A DNA stretch of 29,340 nucleotides from Breznakia blatticola (GTDB lineage: Bacteria > Bacillota_I > Bacilli_A > Erysipelotrichales > Erysipelotrichaceae), in contig NZ_SODD01000034.1 in NCBI RefSeq assembly GCF_004365815.1, positions 1-29,340 on the forward strand, read 5' to 3'. Under the pieces are notes generated by a model, which made no database searches, was not told the DNA's origin, and worked only from the letters and a program-made list of their open reading frames with translations. Below are positions 7,601 to 13,092 of this stretch, in pieces. The first letter of the stretch is position 1. Each line of letters starts with the position of its first letter. The position numbers were made by a program, and so were the translations under genes.

Positions 7601-10273
7601 AATGAAACTAGCTTTATAAACAAGCGAGGTATCAAACAACTATTTGCTTATGATACACTTGGTCAACTAGAAAAAGCTGAAAATGCACAAGGACGTGTTG
7701 TTAGATATACGTATGATGGAAATGGAAATGCACTTACAAAAACTGTAGGAACAAAAATGGCAGTATATACATATGATGATTTCAATCAATGTACCTATGA
7801 GAAAAATGAATATGGATATGTAGAGAAAACAAAATATGATGTATTTGGTAATAAAGTTGAAGAAACAAAACCAGATGGCACAATTATTACATATGCTTAT
7901 GACAACAATAACAACCAGATTCAAAAGAATAGTCAAACCTTCAGTTATGATAAACGAAACAACCTAATTAAAGCAGAAGGTGCAAATGGCACAATCACAT
8001 ATACATATGATGCATTTGACCAAATGCTAACTTCAACAAATGCAAACAAAGAAACTGTAAGTTATGCTTACAATAAAGATAAGCAATTATCTAAAATGAC
8101 TTACGCAAATAAAGACGTCGTTACTTATAGTTATAAAGATGGTATGTTGTCTACTGTGAAAAAGAACGATGCAACAATTGCAACGTATTCATATAACAAT
8201 AGAGGTGAGCTTGTTGATCTTGTGCAAGGAAATATGCAATCAACATTTGCTTATGACAAATTAGGAAATGTAATAAAGCAAGATATCTACAAGGATAAGA
8301 AACTCGAACAAAGCCGTACGTATGCATATGATGCAAATGATAATGTCGTTAAAGAAGTTATTGATGGCAAAGAAAATAACTATGTGTATAATGATGCAGA
8401 TGAGCTAAGTGAAAGTAGTAAATATGTAGATGGAAAATTAGTTAAGACATCTTACACATACGATATGTATGGAAACAAACGTGTTTCAAGTAATGATGAA
8501 GGTGTTAAAACGTATACATATAATGATAAAAACCAATTAGAAAGTGTTGAAAGTACAAAAGGTGTAAGTCGTTACTACTACAACGATAATGGAAACCTTA
8601 CAAGTAAAGTGAATTCTGATGGTAGTAAAGAAGTGTATACATATGATGAATTTGACCATTTAGTTGAACATCAAAAAGGTGATTATATCTATACCTTTGC
8701 ATATGATGCACAAGGAGATAAAATCAGTGAAAGTAAACAAGATGTACGAACATATCAAAAACAAGTATGGTATGATTATGAAGGAGTCATCGATGTTACT
8801 GCTTCAAGTGATACAAAAGTTAAAAATACATTTGATGGACTACGCCAACAAGTAAAAACAAAAGAAGCAAATGGTGGTGTCTGTACATACCAAGGAACAA
8901 GTTCATATACTGCAAGCTACAAAAAAGATGTAGAAGTGACAGATTTCGTTCTTGATAAGAATGTAGAGTATACACAAATTCTAGAAACAAATGGAAATGG
9001 TAATGTGTATGGATTATCCATCTTGGAAGAAGATGGAACTACATTAGTAGCAAGTTTAAATGACAGTATTGCATTACAAGTAAAAAACAACAAAGTTACG
9101 AAACTAACGTACAGTGATTATGGTAAAACAAGTAATATAGCACAAAGTCATGCATACAATGGAGAGTACCAACAAGAAACAGGACTCATCTATTTACGTG
9201 CTAGATACTATGATCCAACTATCGGAAACTTTATCCAAATCGATCGCAACTACAAAGGTGAAAACACAGATGTAGCAACTCAAAACCGTTACAACTATGC
9301 ATTAAGTAATCCTTACAAGTATGTGGATAGAGATGGGAATAAAGCAAAGAAAAAGAAGAAACAAAGTGTAGTAAGTGCTGTTGTTGGTAGCGTGAAAAAT
9401 GTAGTGTCTAGTATTAAAACGAATATTGTTCAGTCGACAACGATGGTGATGCGGAGCGAAACCATGTATAATTTGATGGATTTAGTAGTACAAATTTCAC
9501 CATATTTTACTTCAGAAATGGCGAAGGTAACTACATTATTAGCAGTAACTCCGGCAACTACAATAGGTTTAGTGATGTATGGTGCTGTAGCAACTCCGGC
9601 AAGTTTGATTTGTGGTATAGAAAAAGCAATAAGATTTACTGAAATGACGCCTACGCAGCAACAAGCATATGTGAATGCTTGGGAGCATCAATTGGGTGGT
9701 AGACTGTATGCTGGTCCTTACGTAGCGGATAAAATGATGAATTTATACTACGAAAGTATGGGATATACAACAAGAATACCAGAAAAAGCACAAGTAAAAG
9801 AGGATAAAGCAATAAGCTACGTTTCTGAAAATAGTTCGACAGGATCAATGGTTGCGGCAGCACAAGAACAGCAACAACCAAAACAACCGAAAAAAGATGA
9901 TGACGATGATAAGAAGAAAGATAAAAATAAAAATTCAGATAAGGGTTCGAATAGTAATATAAAAGGGAATGATGTTACATATAATCAAAGATCTGTAGAT
10001 AAAGCTTTTGGTAAACATGGAAGTGATTTTGGTAATTACCCTGATGGAAGTAAAGGTAGTATTCAACAGTATCAAAATGATATATCAAAATTCATTGATA
10101 GTCCTAATAATATTCAAAAACCAGGAACCTGGTGGGGTTCTCAAGGAACACATATATATAATCCAACTACAAATCAATGGGTATTTATTAATGCTGATGG
10201 TACGTTTAATACAGGATTCAAGCTCTCAGCAGATCAGATGAAGTATTTAATAGAGACAGGAGTGGTAAAATAA
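1601..10273 (+). CDS. Secreted LysM-domain RHS/YD-repeat polymorphic toxin with a C-terminal colicin-D-like nuclease domain (2,890 aa)
   Basis: The more probable start is ATG 1622 (SD-like AAAGGGAAAG at 1605-1614), giving a Sec-type signal MRKKLLPVFLVCLMLLQV..RVLA|AQ. LysM-like segment at 3500-3625. Plug-like motif GDPITTTNGNFYYETEDF from ~3737, followed by dozens of YD repeats. RHS core end is YLRARYYDPTIGNFIQIDRNY..NRYNYALSNPYKYVDRDGN (9194-9340). A 310-aa variable tail follows. Confidence 0.95.
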   Translation: MKRERIDMRKKLLPVFLVCLMLLQVSDTGLRVLAAQSNRITPGASYGSMYQKDIQREIVNVYDANDDAQEEAVVTKEASNYDLSDPYESYEEVEDKREINSKTYEIQKGVFVKETYFEPIHKEENGKLVDIDDRLENVNRSRSNKAIYKSKDGLLDVQIDGNSVRVTNEETSDLQWSLPDADVSHYSVKENVILFTNVYKNIDMEYVIRSNKVFTTFYINGPVEKSTLDFIFTSQHLTSKETDDGVVFYRSDNPDQDVYVFAKPTIRSATEAIGNSQITYENAQDGVHVSLSLDQTWINDSAQVYPIALSTRAANLEVLNITSCYVRSETPNFSSSQYSDLFVGYDNEFWAGIGVRTGVNRSYFYIDKPNLGNNMRVEKANLELFKEQDGIEQGVSHLMGKNIEAYECANANLNTLTWNTQPTIEKKLSTNNVEGVKNKYYKFDITGYVSSRYKGIEKTLLLKAEDESINAFANVFNSESTASRPRITIEYREDYDVDPNLSIENFDQELRVVSKLNDGFKALSLDGLIKPYATAVFKLHEKQDGNSTVINELLSMSVGGAYFSHPIVFTNPYGSGHTVQPSYNGNKEGQNYTTNYVKAESIPKFDTLYEYVMKVKKDGVESAKSITTDGFIKYKVKNGDTLRSIASYYGVSIDQIKLDNNQSSNSVYAGQVLFIRFKKDNTKVPKDVYTPPLRTITYEAKYVYRGPQCYGTCPIGDPITTTNGNFYYETEDFTLKDYDAFTFHRYYNSTGEQVSNMFGNGFTSNLEQYVTYDENKNILFFRGDGKILQIDKTANGYTPKTTDRIEIEVKQDEVQIFDIETGRTYVFDSYGTLVTIIEKTGHKTTISYDAYGAIQSIRVGEKEISFTYNENNLVQSIQLPNGKSVSYTYDAKRNLTSYTNVLGHKETYNYDDKNFMRSIIDKNGNTIATNTYDDEGKVKSQKDGKGQEMKFSYTNKKTDITLADNTKVTYEHEDFKTTKVAYGDGSSSSYRYDTYGNIIEKIDEDQNKTTYTYDKHDLLEIAYPDGTTESYTYNSAHQVTSKTGRDGGVEYFAYQGNDLVKHTLADGTFTTYTYDANHRVVTETSATGASKTYTYSGNQIASITHSNGLVENFTYDASGNVLKESDNQGKNQTYLYNDNNQMIKKTYTDGTYEEWGYDGNGNITSYRDRIGGITTNTYDKNNNVIASKKGSLTNSKVYDSNNQCIKETDAQGITKTYTYDAKLRLIKESDGLGNEISYTYDALDHVIKTIDVRGQESTDTYDQDLLIKHVDAAGLETTYSYDDKNREIEKAYTNGTKESKVYTGLLLTEESDIRGQKTTYTYDAYSRIKTKTVSIGEIEHVTTYTYDSNNNITKEDVDGVVTTYAYDVYNRKIKETDPLGFTTSYTYNFDDEIISTTDALGNTSTQTYDGEGNLIKETDKNGNTVEHVYNAQGFLVAEKDALGNTTTYAYNEKGQCITVVDPYGFTTSFTYSKYNQLLDTYQEGTLIESITYNKYGDVKTKKNTELNESYTYDHFGRQVTKTDQYTQLQTTTSYDVYGNVTKEEDSNGRSSSFTYDVYNQKLTEIDAYGRTTSYTYDQLGQVISTTNAQGTTSQVYDKNGNVIESISPLGVSTTYAYNKRNEKIKEVIGDKELAYSYDGLGQLTKTTDVKRKSETTTSYDANGNVTKEVDALGNAITYTYDAKNQKVSTTDALGNTSKTEYDANGNVTKEIDALGNTKQSSYNAYQQLEKEVDARGFETLYSYDDALRLVKVEDAIGGSITYIYNDANKVSKETNSEGFSKTFVYDDYGQIIEESDYNGVITKRSYDVLGNVVKETTANKTTTSVYDEKGNHVKTSVNDVVQEQFTYNDYNQVATKKDGNSNVTTYTYDTYGNVSTEDAAGYKTAYTYNVYGELLEKVENDTYKESYVYDAKNQLTETKVNGKTAQTKTYDANGNIIQEAEYGKVIETQYDACNRPSAYLVEYEGSMQVIQSVTYDESGNAITITDANGNTEQRTFDANGNETSFINKRGIKQLFAYDTLGQLEKAENAQGRVVRYTYDGNGNALTKTVGTKMAVYTYDDFNQCTYEKNEYGYVEKTKYDVFGNKVEETKPDGTIITYAYDNNNNQIQKNSQTFSYDKRNNLIKAEGANGTITYTYDAFDQMLTSTNANKETVSYAYNKDKQLSKMTYANKDVVTYSYKDGMLSTVKKNDATIATYSYNNRGELVDLVQGNMQSTFAYDKLGNVIKQDIYKDKKLEQSRTYAYDANDNVVKEVIDGKENNYVYNDADELSESSKYVDGKLVKTSYTYDMYGNKRVSSNDEGVKTYTYNDKNQLESVESTKGVSRYYYNDNGNLTSKVNSDGSKEVYTYDEFDHLVEHQKGDYIYTFAYDAQGDKISESKQDVRTYQKQVWYDYEGVIDVTASSDTKVKNTFDGLRQQVKTKEANGGVCTYQGTSSYTASYKKDVEVTDFVLDKNVEYTQILETNGNGNVYGLSILEEDGTTLVASLNDSIALQVKNNKVTKLTYSDYGKTSNIAQSHAYNGEYQQETGLIYLRARYYDPTIGNFIQIDRNYKGENTDVATQNRYNYALSNPYKYVDRDGNKAKKKKKQSVVSAVVGSVKNVVSSIKTNIVQSTTMVMRSETMYNLMDLVVQISPYFTSEMAKVTTLLAVTPATTIGLVMYGAVATPASLICGIEKAIRFTEMTPTQQQAYVNAWEHQLGGRLYAGPYVADKMMNLYYESMGYTTRIPEKAQVKEDKAISYVSENSSTGSMVAAAQEQQQPKQPKKDDDDDKKKDKNKNSDKGSNSNIKGNDVTYNQRSVDKAFGKHGSDFGNYPDGSKGSIQQYQNDISKFIDSPNNIQKPGTWWGSQGTHIYNPTTNQWVFINADGTFNTGFKLSADQMKYLIETGVVK
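2560..3080 (+). other. N-terminal surface/carbohydrate-binding-like domain of the RHS protein (DNRLRE/CBM96-like, tentative)
   Basis: The segment YVRSETPNF..SDLFVGYDN....RSYFYIDKPNLG...VEKANLELF...LNTLTWNTQP...PRITIEY resembles my memory of DNRLRE-domain surface proteins. A DDRLEN motif lies at 1994-2011. Not verified by HMM. Confidence 0.35.
3500..3625 (+). other. LysM peptidoglycan-binding domain within the RHS protein
   Basis: YKVKNGDTLRSIASYYGVSIDQIKLDNNQSSNSVYAGQVLFI fits the LysM consensus (Y.V..GDTL..IA..YgvsvdqL...N.l.....l..GQ.L.I). Confidence 0.8.
3737..9340 (+). repeat. RHS shell: tandem degenerate YD repeats plus the RHS-associated core
   Basis: The unit ..(Y/F)xYDxxGNxxxxxDxxGxxxx(Y/F).. 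recurs throughout, e.g. YTYDAKRNLTSYTN, YRYDTYGNIIEKID, YTYDANHRVVTETS, TSYDANGNVTKEVDALGN. The region is terminated by the YYDPTIGNF...VDRDGN core. Confidence 0.9.
9341..9976 (+). other. Pre-toxin part of the RHS C-terminal tail: Lys-rich start, hydrophobic/helical module, low-complexity linker
   Basis: KAKKKKKQ sits directly after the predicted cleavage motif. The stretch SVVSAVVGSVKNVV...VTTLLAVTPATTIGLVMYGAVATPASLICGI (about 9527-9620) is long enough for membrane-interacting helices. The linker AAAQEQQQPKQPKKDDDDDKKKDKNKNSDKGSNSN spans about 9854-9958. Confidence 0.6.
9977..10270 (+). other. Colicin-D-like (BECR-fold tRNase type) toxin domain
   Basis: TYNQRSVDKAFGKHGSDFGNYPDGSKGSIQQYQNDISKFIDSPNNIQKPGTWWGSQGTHIYNPTTNQWVFINADGTFNTGFKLSADQMKYLIETGVVK. 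The spacing of KH..DFG, GT(W/Y).G, (Y/F).NP.T and G.F.(S/T)G(F/W)KLS..Q is what I remember for colicin D / Colicin_D-family CT domains. Needs an HMM or structure check. Confidence 0.6.
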
Positions 10274-10722
10274 TGGGAGTATATATATTGTCTGTGATGA
10301 CAAAAGAAATAGTGGAATCTACTAAAGTTTCTTTGATACAAAAAAGAATTCAATTGATATATCCTAGAAATGAAATTAATTATAGTCAATATAATTATAA
10401 TGATAGAAACCATAAAGAATTAGATTTTGATATTACTGAAATTTATTTTAATAAAGATAAAATAGATGAGGAGATTAGCTTGTTAATTAAGGCAATTAAA
10501 GAGATATTTTGCATCTTAGAATCTGATTGTGAAATTATTGGTGGTTTCAATGACACTGAAAATGCTATCATGCAATATGAGAAAGATAAAGAAAACAATT
10601 ATATGAATTGGGGGTTATTTGCGACTAAAAATCCTATCTCAAAATCAAATGTTTATTACGAAAAAGACGGGTTATATATATACCATAGTTTTAAATATGA
10701 TAGTATGGGAGTAGTTTTTTAG
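10273..10722 (+). CDS. Candidate cognate immunity protein (149 aa, no recognisable family)
   Basis: The ATG overlaps the toxin stop codon (TAATG at 10271-10275). SD AGGAG lies about 11 nt upstream, inside the toxin gene. No signal peptide or TM segment. Visibly more AT-rich than its neighbours. Position is typical of RHS immunity genes. Confidence 0.65.
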   Translation: MGVYILSVMTKEIVESTKVSLIQKRIQLIYPRNEINYSQYNYNDRNHKELDFDITEIYFNKDKIDEEISLLIKAIKEIFCILESDCEIIGGFNDTENAIMQYEKDKENNYMNWGLFATKNPISKSNVYYEKDGLYIYHSFKYDSMGVVF

Positions 10723-10879
10723 ACATATCCGATAAGGATGTAGATTAAATAAAATTCGATATTGGAGCGGAGATAGGGAATATAGTGTTAATGCATAGGA
10801 GGTATAAACGTAATAGTAATAACCTATAATACAACACGATACTAATAACTCTACTAAGTAAATATAAGCAATACGTAAT

Positions 10880-10919
10880 AAACAGTACTAACAAATTAGA
10901 CAAAGTTAGTACTGTTTTT
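10880..10919. terminator. Rho-independent terminator closing the RHS cassette, possibly bidirectional with rarA
   Basis: Perfect 13-bp stem AAACAGTACTAAC (10880-10892) / GTTAGTACTGTTT (10905-10917), 12-nt loop, then a T-run. An A-rich 5' flank would supply a U-tract on the opposite strand. Confidence 0.8.
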
Positions 10920-11039
10920 ATGTGTTATTTAATTTTACATATTGCTATAGAAAAGTGTTTAACTCCAATAAAACAAGTGTATATTTGAATTGCTGTACCA
11001 ATTATGGATATTGTTAGTTTTTTGTGTGTAATATTCGTA

Positions 11040-12293
11040 CTATCTCTTTAGTTTAGCTAAATTGTTTGTACGTTTTGTTTGTTTTAATTTTTTCCAATTT
11101 TCAGCAAGTGCACGTTCGTACTGTGAGTTAAGACTTGGTGTATAAAAAGATACGTTTTTTAGTGCGTCCGGTAAATATTGGATTTTATCCACAAGATCAA
11201 GTCTACCATAGTCATATTTGTCTTCATCTTTCATACCAACTGGGGTTAAACGTAAATAACCGGGTACTGGATATGCTTGATCTTTTAGATATGGTTTTAC
11301 TGCATCAATGGCAACTTCTGAACTTTTACTTTTTGGTGAAAGACATAAGTCAATGATTGTATGTGCCAAAGGAATGCGACCTTCAGGAAATCCAACACGT
11401 TTGGCTGCATCAATTGCATTGATACAACGAGCGACAGCTTGTGGATTACCAAAACCTACATCTTCATACGCAGTTACAAGTAAACGTCGCTCAATGGATT
11501 CTAAGTCACCAATTTCGATTAGTATCGACAAATAATATAATGCAGCATCAACATCACTTCCACGAATAGATTTTTGGAATGCACTGAGCAAGTCGTAATG
11601 ATAATCTCCATCACTGTCACTTGCAACATTTGGTGTAAAACTATAAGCTTCAACTGTTTCCTTATCAATTGCATTTGTGGCTGTTGCACACAACTCCAAT
11701 AGGTTTAATGCATAACGGATATCGCCATTAGCTAGACGTGCAATGCTAGTGAGTGCTTCATCATCTGCTTTAACTTGATCATCAATGCCTTTAGGGGAGC
11801 GTAGTGCGCGTGATAAAGCGGTCTTGATATCTTGTTCATCTAAAGATTTTACTTCAAATAGATGTGTTCTTGAACGTATGGCAGGGTTAATAGAAAATAG
11901 TGGATTGGCAGTCGTTGCTCCAATCATGATGATACTTCCATTCTCGATATGTGGAAGTAGTAAATCTTGCTTATCTTTATTTAAACGATGTACCTCATCA
12001 ACAATGACAACTAAACCTGGGAAAAACTTAGCTTCTTCAAAAATGATGGTTAAGTCTTTTTTATTTCCGGTTACAGCATTGAAGTTGCGGTATTTTACAC
12101 CCATTTCATTAGCTAATACACTTGCTAGTGTCGTCTTTCCAGTTCCAGGAGGACCATAAAAAATCATCGAAAAGAGTTGTTTCTGTTCGACCATTTTACG
12201 TAATATTTGATTCTTTCCAATTAAGTGTTGTTGCCCAACAACTTCATCTAGTGTTGTTGGACGCATACGGAAAGCGAGTGGTTGTTTATTCAT
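11040..12293 (-). CDS. rarA: Replication-associated recombination protein A (AAA+ ATPase RarA/MgsA)
   Basis: PLAFRMRPTTLDEVVGQQHLIG, Walker A GPPGTGKTT, Walker B VVIVDEVHR, and a MgsA C-terminal helical domain. 417 aa is a typical length. Confidence 0.93.
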   Translation of the reverse strand: MNKQPLAFRMRPTTLDEVVGQQHLIGKNQILRKMVEQKQLFSMIFYGPPGTGKTTLASVLANEMGVKYRNFNAVTGNKKDLTIIFEEAKFFPGLVVIVDEVHRLNKDKQDLLLPHIENGSIIMIGATTANPLFSINPAIRSRTHLFEVKSLDEQDIKTALSRALRSPKGIDDQVKADDEALTSIARLANGDIRYALNLLELCATATNAIDKETVEAYSFTPNVASDSDGDYHYDLLSAFQKSIRGSDVDAALYYLSILIEIGDLESIERRLLVTAYEDVGFGNPQAVARCINAIDAAKRVGFPEGRIPLAHTIIDLCLSPKSKSSEVAIDAVKPYLKDQAYPVPGYLRLTPVGMKDEDKYDYGRLDLVDKIQYLPDALKNVSFYTPSLNSQYERALAENWKKLKQTKRTNNLAKLKR

Positions 12294-12299
12294 ACTCTT

Positions 12300-12308
12300 A
12301 TTTTACCA
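12300..12308 (-). promoter_or_regulatory. Extended -10 element (TGgTAAAAT) immediately upstream of the rarA ATG
   Basis: Minus strand reads TGG TAAAAT aagagt ATG. The -10 ends 6 nt before the A of the start codon, and no correctly spaced SD is present. Confidence 0.4.
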
Positions 12309-12310
12309 CA

Positions 12311-12871
12311 CTAGAAAAATAAGTGCTCGATGAGTATTTTACTTCCAATAAGAATGAGAATTACTCCACCAGCAACTTCAGCATACGTATGAAGTAAAGA
12401 ACCCACAAATCGACCGATGTATCCACTAAGAAAAGATAGTGCAAATGTCACAAGTCCAATAATGATACATGCAAACAGTATATCTACTTCAAAGAAGGCG
12501 AAACTGACACCAACAGCAAGTGCGTCAATACTCGTAGCTATACCTAGTAATAAAATATCTTTTACTTTTATTTCCAGTTCACAAGATAAGTCTTGTTCAC
12601 CAAAGGCTTCATAGATCATTTTGATACCGATAAACACAAGAAGGATAAATGCAATCCAGTGATCTAAAAAGGTAATAGAGCCTGTGAAGTTTACGCCAAC
12701 AGTGTATCCAATAAGTGGCATTATTCCTTGGAAAAAGCCAAAACTAATCGCATAGACTAGTGAAAATTTAATTGCGTTTTTCTTTGTGTAACACATTCCT
12801 TTTGCTAGTGAAACTGCACATGCATCCATTGCAAGTCCAATACTGGTTAATAAAATTGTTAGTATGCTCAT
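12311..12871 (-). CDS. mntP: Manganese efflux pump MntP
   Basis: MSILTILLTSIGLAMDACAVSLAKGM, a second DALAVG motif, and 6 predicted TM helices. SD AAGGAG (12881-12886 on the complement). Confidence 0.9.
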   Translation of the reverse strand: MSILTILLTSIGLAMDACAVSLAKGMCYTKKNAIKFSLVYAISFGFFQGIMPLIGYTVGVNFTGSITFLDHWIAFILLVFIGIKMIYEAFGEQDLSCELEIKVKDILLLGIATSIDALAVGVSFAFFEVDILFACIIIGLVTFALSFLSGYIGRFVGSLLHTYAEVAGGVILILIGSKILIEHLFF

Positions 12872-12892
12872 ATGTTGTACTCCTTTATGTGA

Positions 12893-13012
12893 GAGTAAAG
12901 AAAAGACTCATACGAAAAAAATCGTATAAGTCTCATTTTTTACAATTAGCCAGGCTTTCGCCATTATGTTGACTAAAACACTTACAAAAGTAAGATAACT
13001 ACTCCCTTATGA
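12893..13012 (-). promoter_or_regulatory. yybP-ykoY (Mn2+) riboswitch with a terminator expression platform
   Basis: Minus-strand RNA reads CAUAAGGGAGUAG (core at 13008-12999) ... UAGUCAACAUAAUGGCGAAAGCCUGGC (GAAA-capped hairpin) ... terminator GAGACUUAUACGA-U7-UCGUAUGAGUCU (12934-12904) + UUUCUUU. The 5' AUAAG can pair with CUUAU in the terminator 5' arm, a P1-versus-terminator competition. It lies directly upstream of mntP, the canonical regulated gene. Confidence 0.75.
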
Positions 13013-13019
13013 CTTGCTC

Positions 13020-13047
13020 ATTATAGCACAAGGGTGTTGCTTTTGAA
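13020..13047 (-). promoter_or_regulatory. Promoter of the riboswitch-mntP unit
   Basis: Minus strand: TTCAAA (13047-13042), 16-nt spacer, TGcTATAAT (extended -10, TATAAT = 13025-13020). Confidence 0.55.
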
Positions 13048-13069
13048 AGGGGGGATTGCATGATATACT
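13043..13069 (+). promoter_or_regulatory. Candidate promoter of the oxidoreductase gene, back-to-back with the mntP promoter
   Basis: TTGAAA (13043-13048), 15-nt spacer, extended -10 TGaTATACT (13061-13069). SD AGGAGG at 13079-13084. Confidence 0.4.
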
Positions 13070-13092
13070 GTGAGTATTAGGAGGTGTAAATA

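Noticed and set aside
1935-9881. Numerous 60-152-aa ORFs antisense to, or out of frame with, the RHS gene (e.g. 7181-7639, 7667-7936, 3935-4165, 6182-6382, 9651-9881).
   Set aside because: Their Cys/Ile/Phe-rich low-complexity translations are what the complement of repetitive YD-repeat codons produces. None has an SD or recognisable motifs, and all lie fully inside a strongly supported 8.7-kb gene.
10723-10879. Spacer after the immunity gene, examined for orphan toxin-tail or immunity remnants.
   Set aside because: There are only stop-rich frames and a 12-codon ORF (MHRRYKRNSNNL). Nothing resembles an RHS core-end or another immunity gene.
11135-12322. Plus-strand ORFs overlapping rarA (11135-11356, 11308-11535, 11785-12159, 12122-12322).
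   Set aside because: They are antisense to a confidently identified AAA+ gene. Their composition is typical of shadow ORFs and they have no SD.
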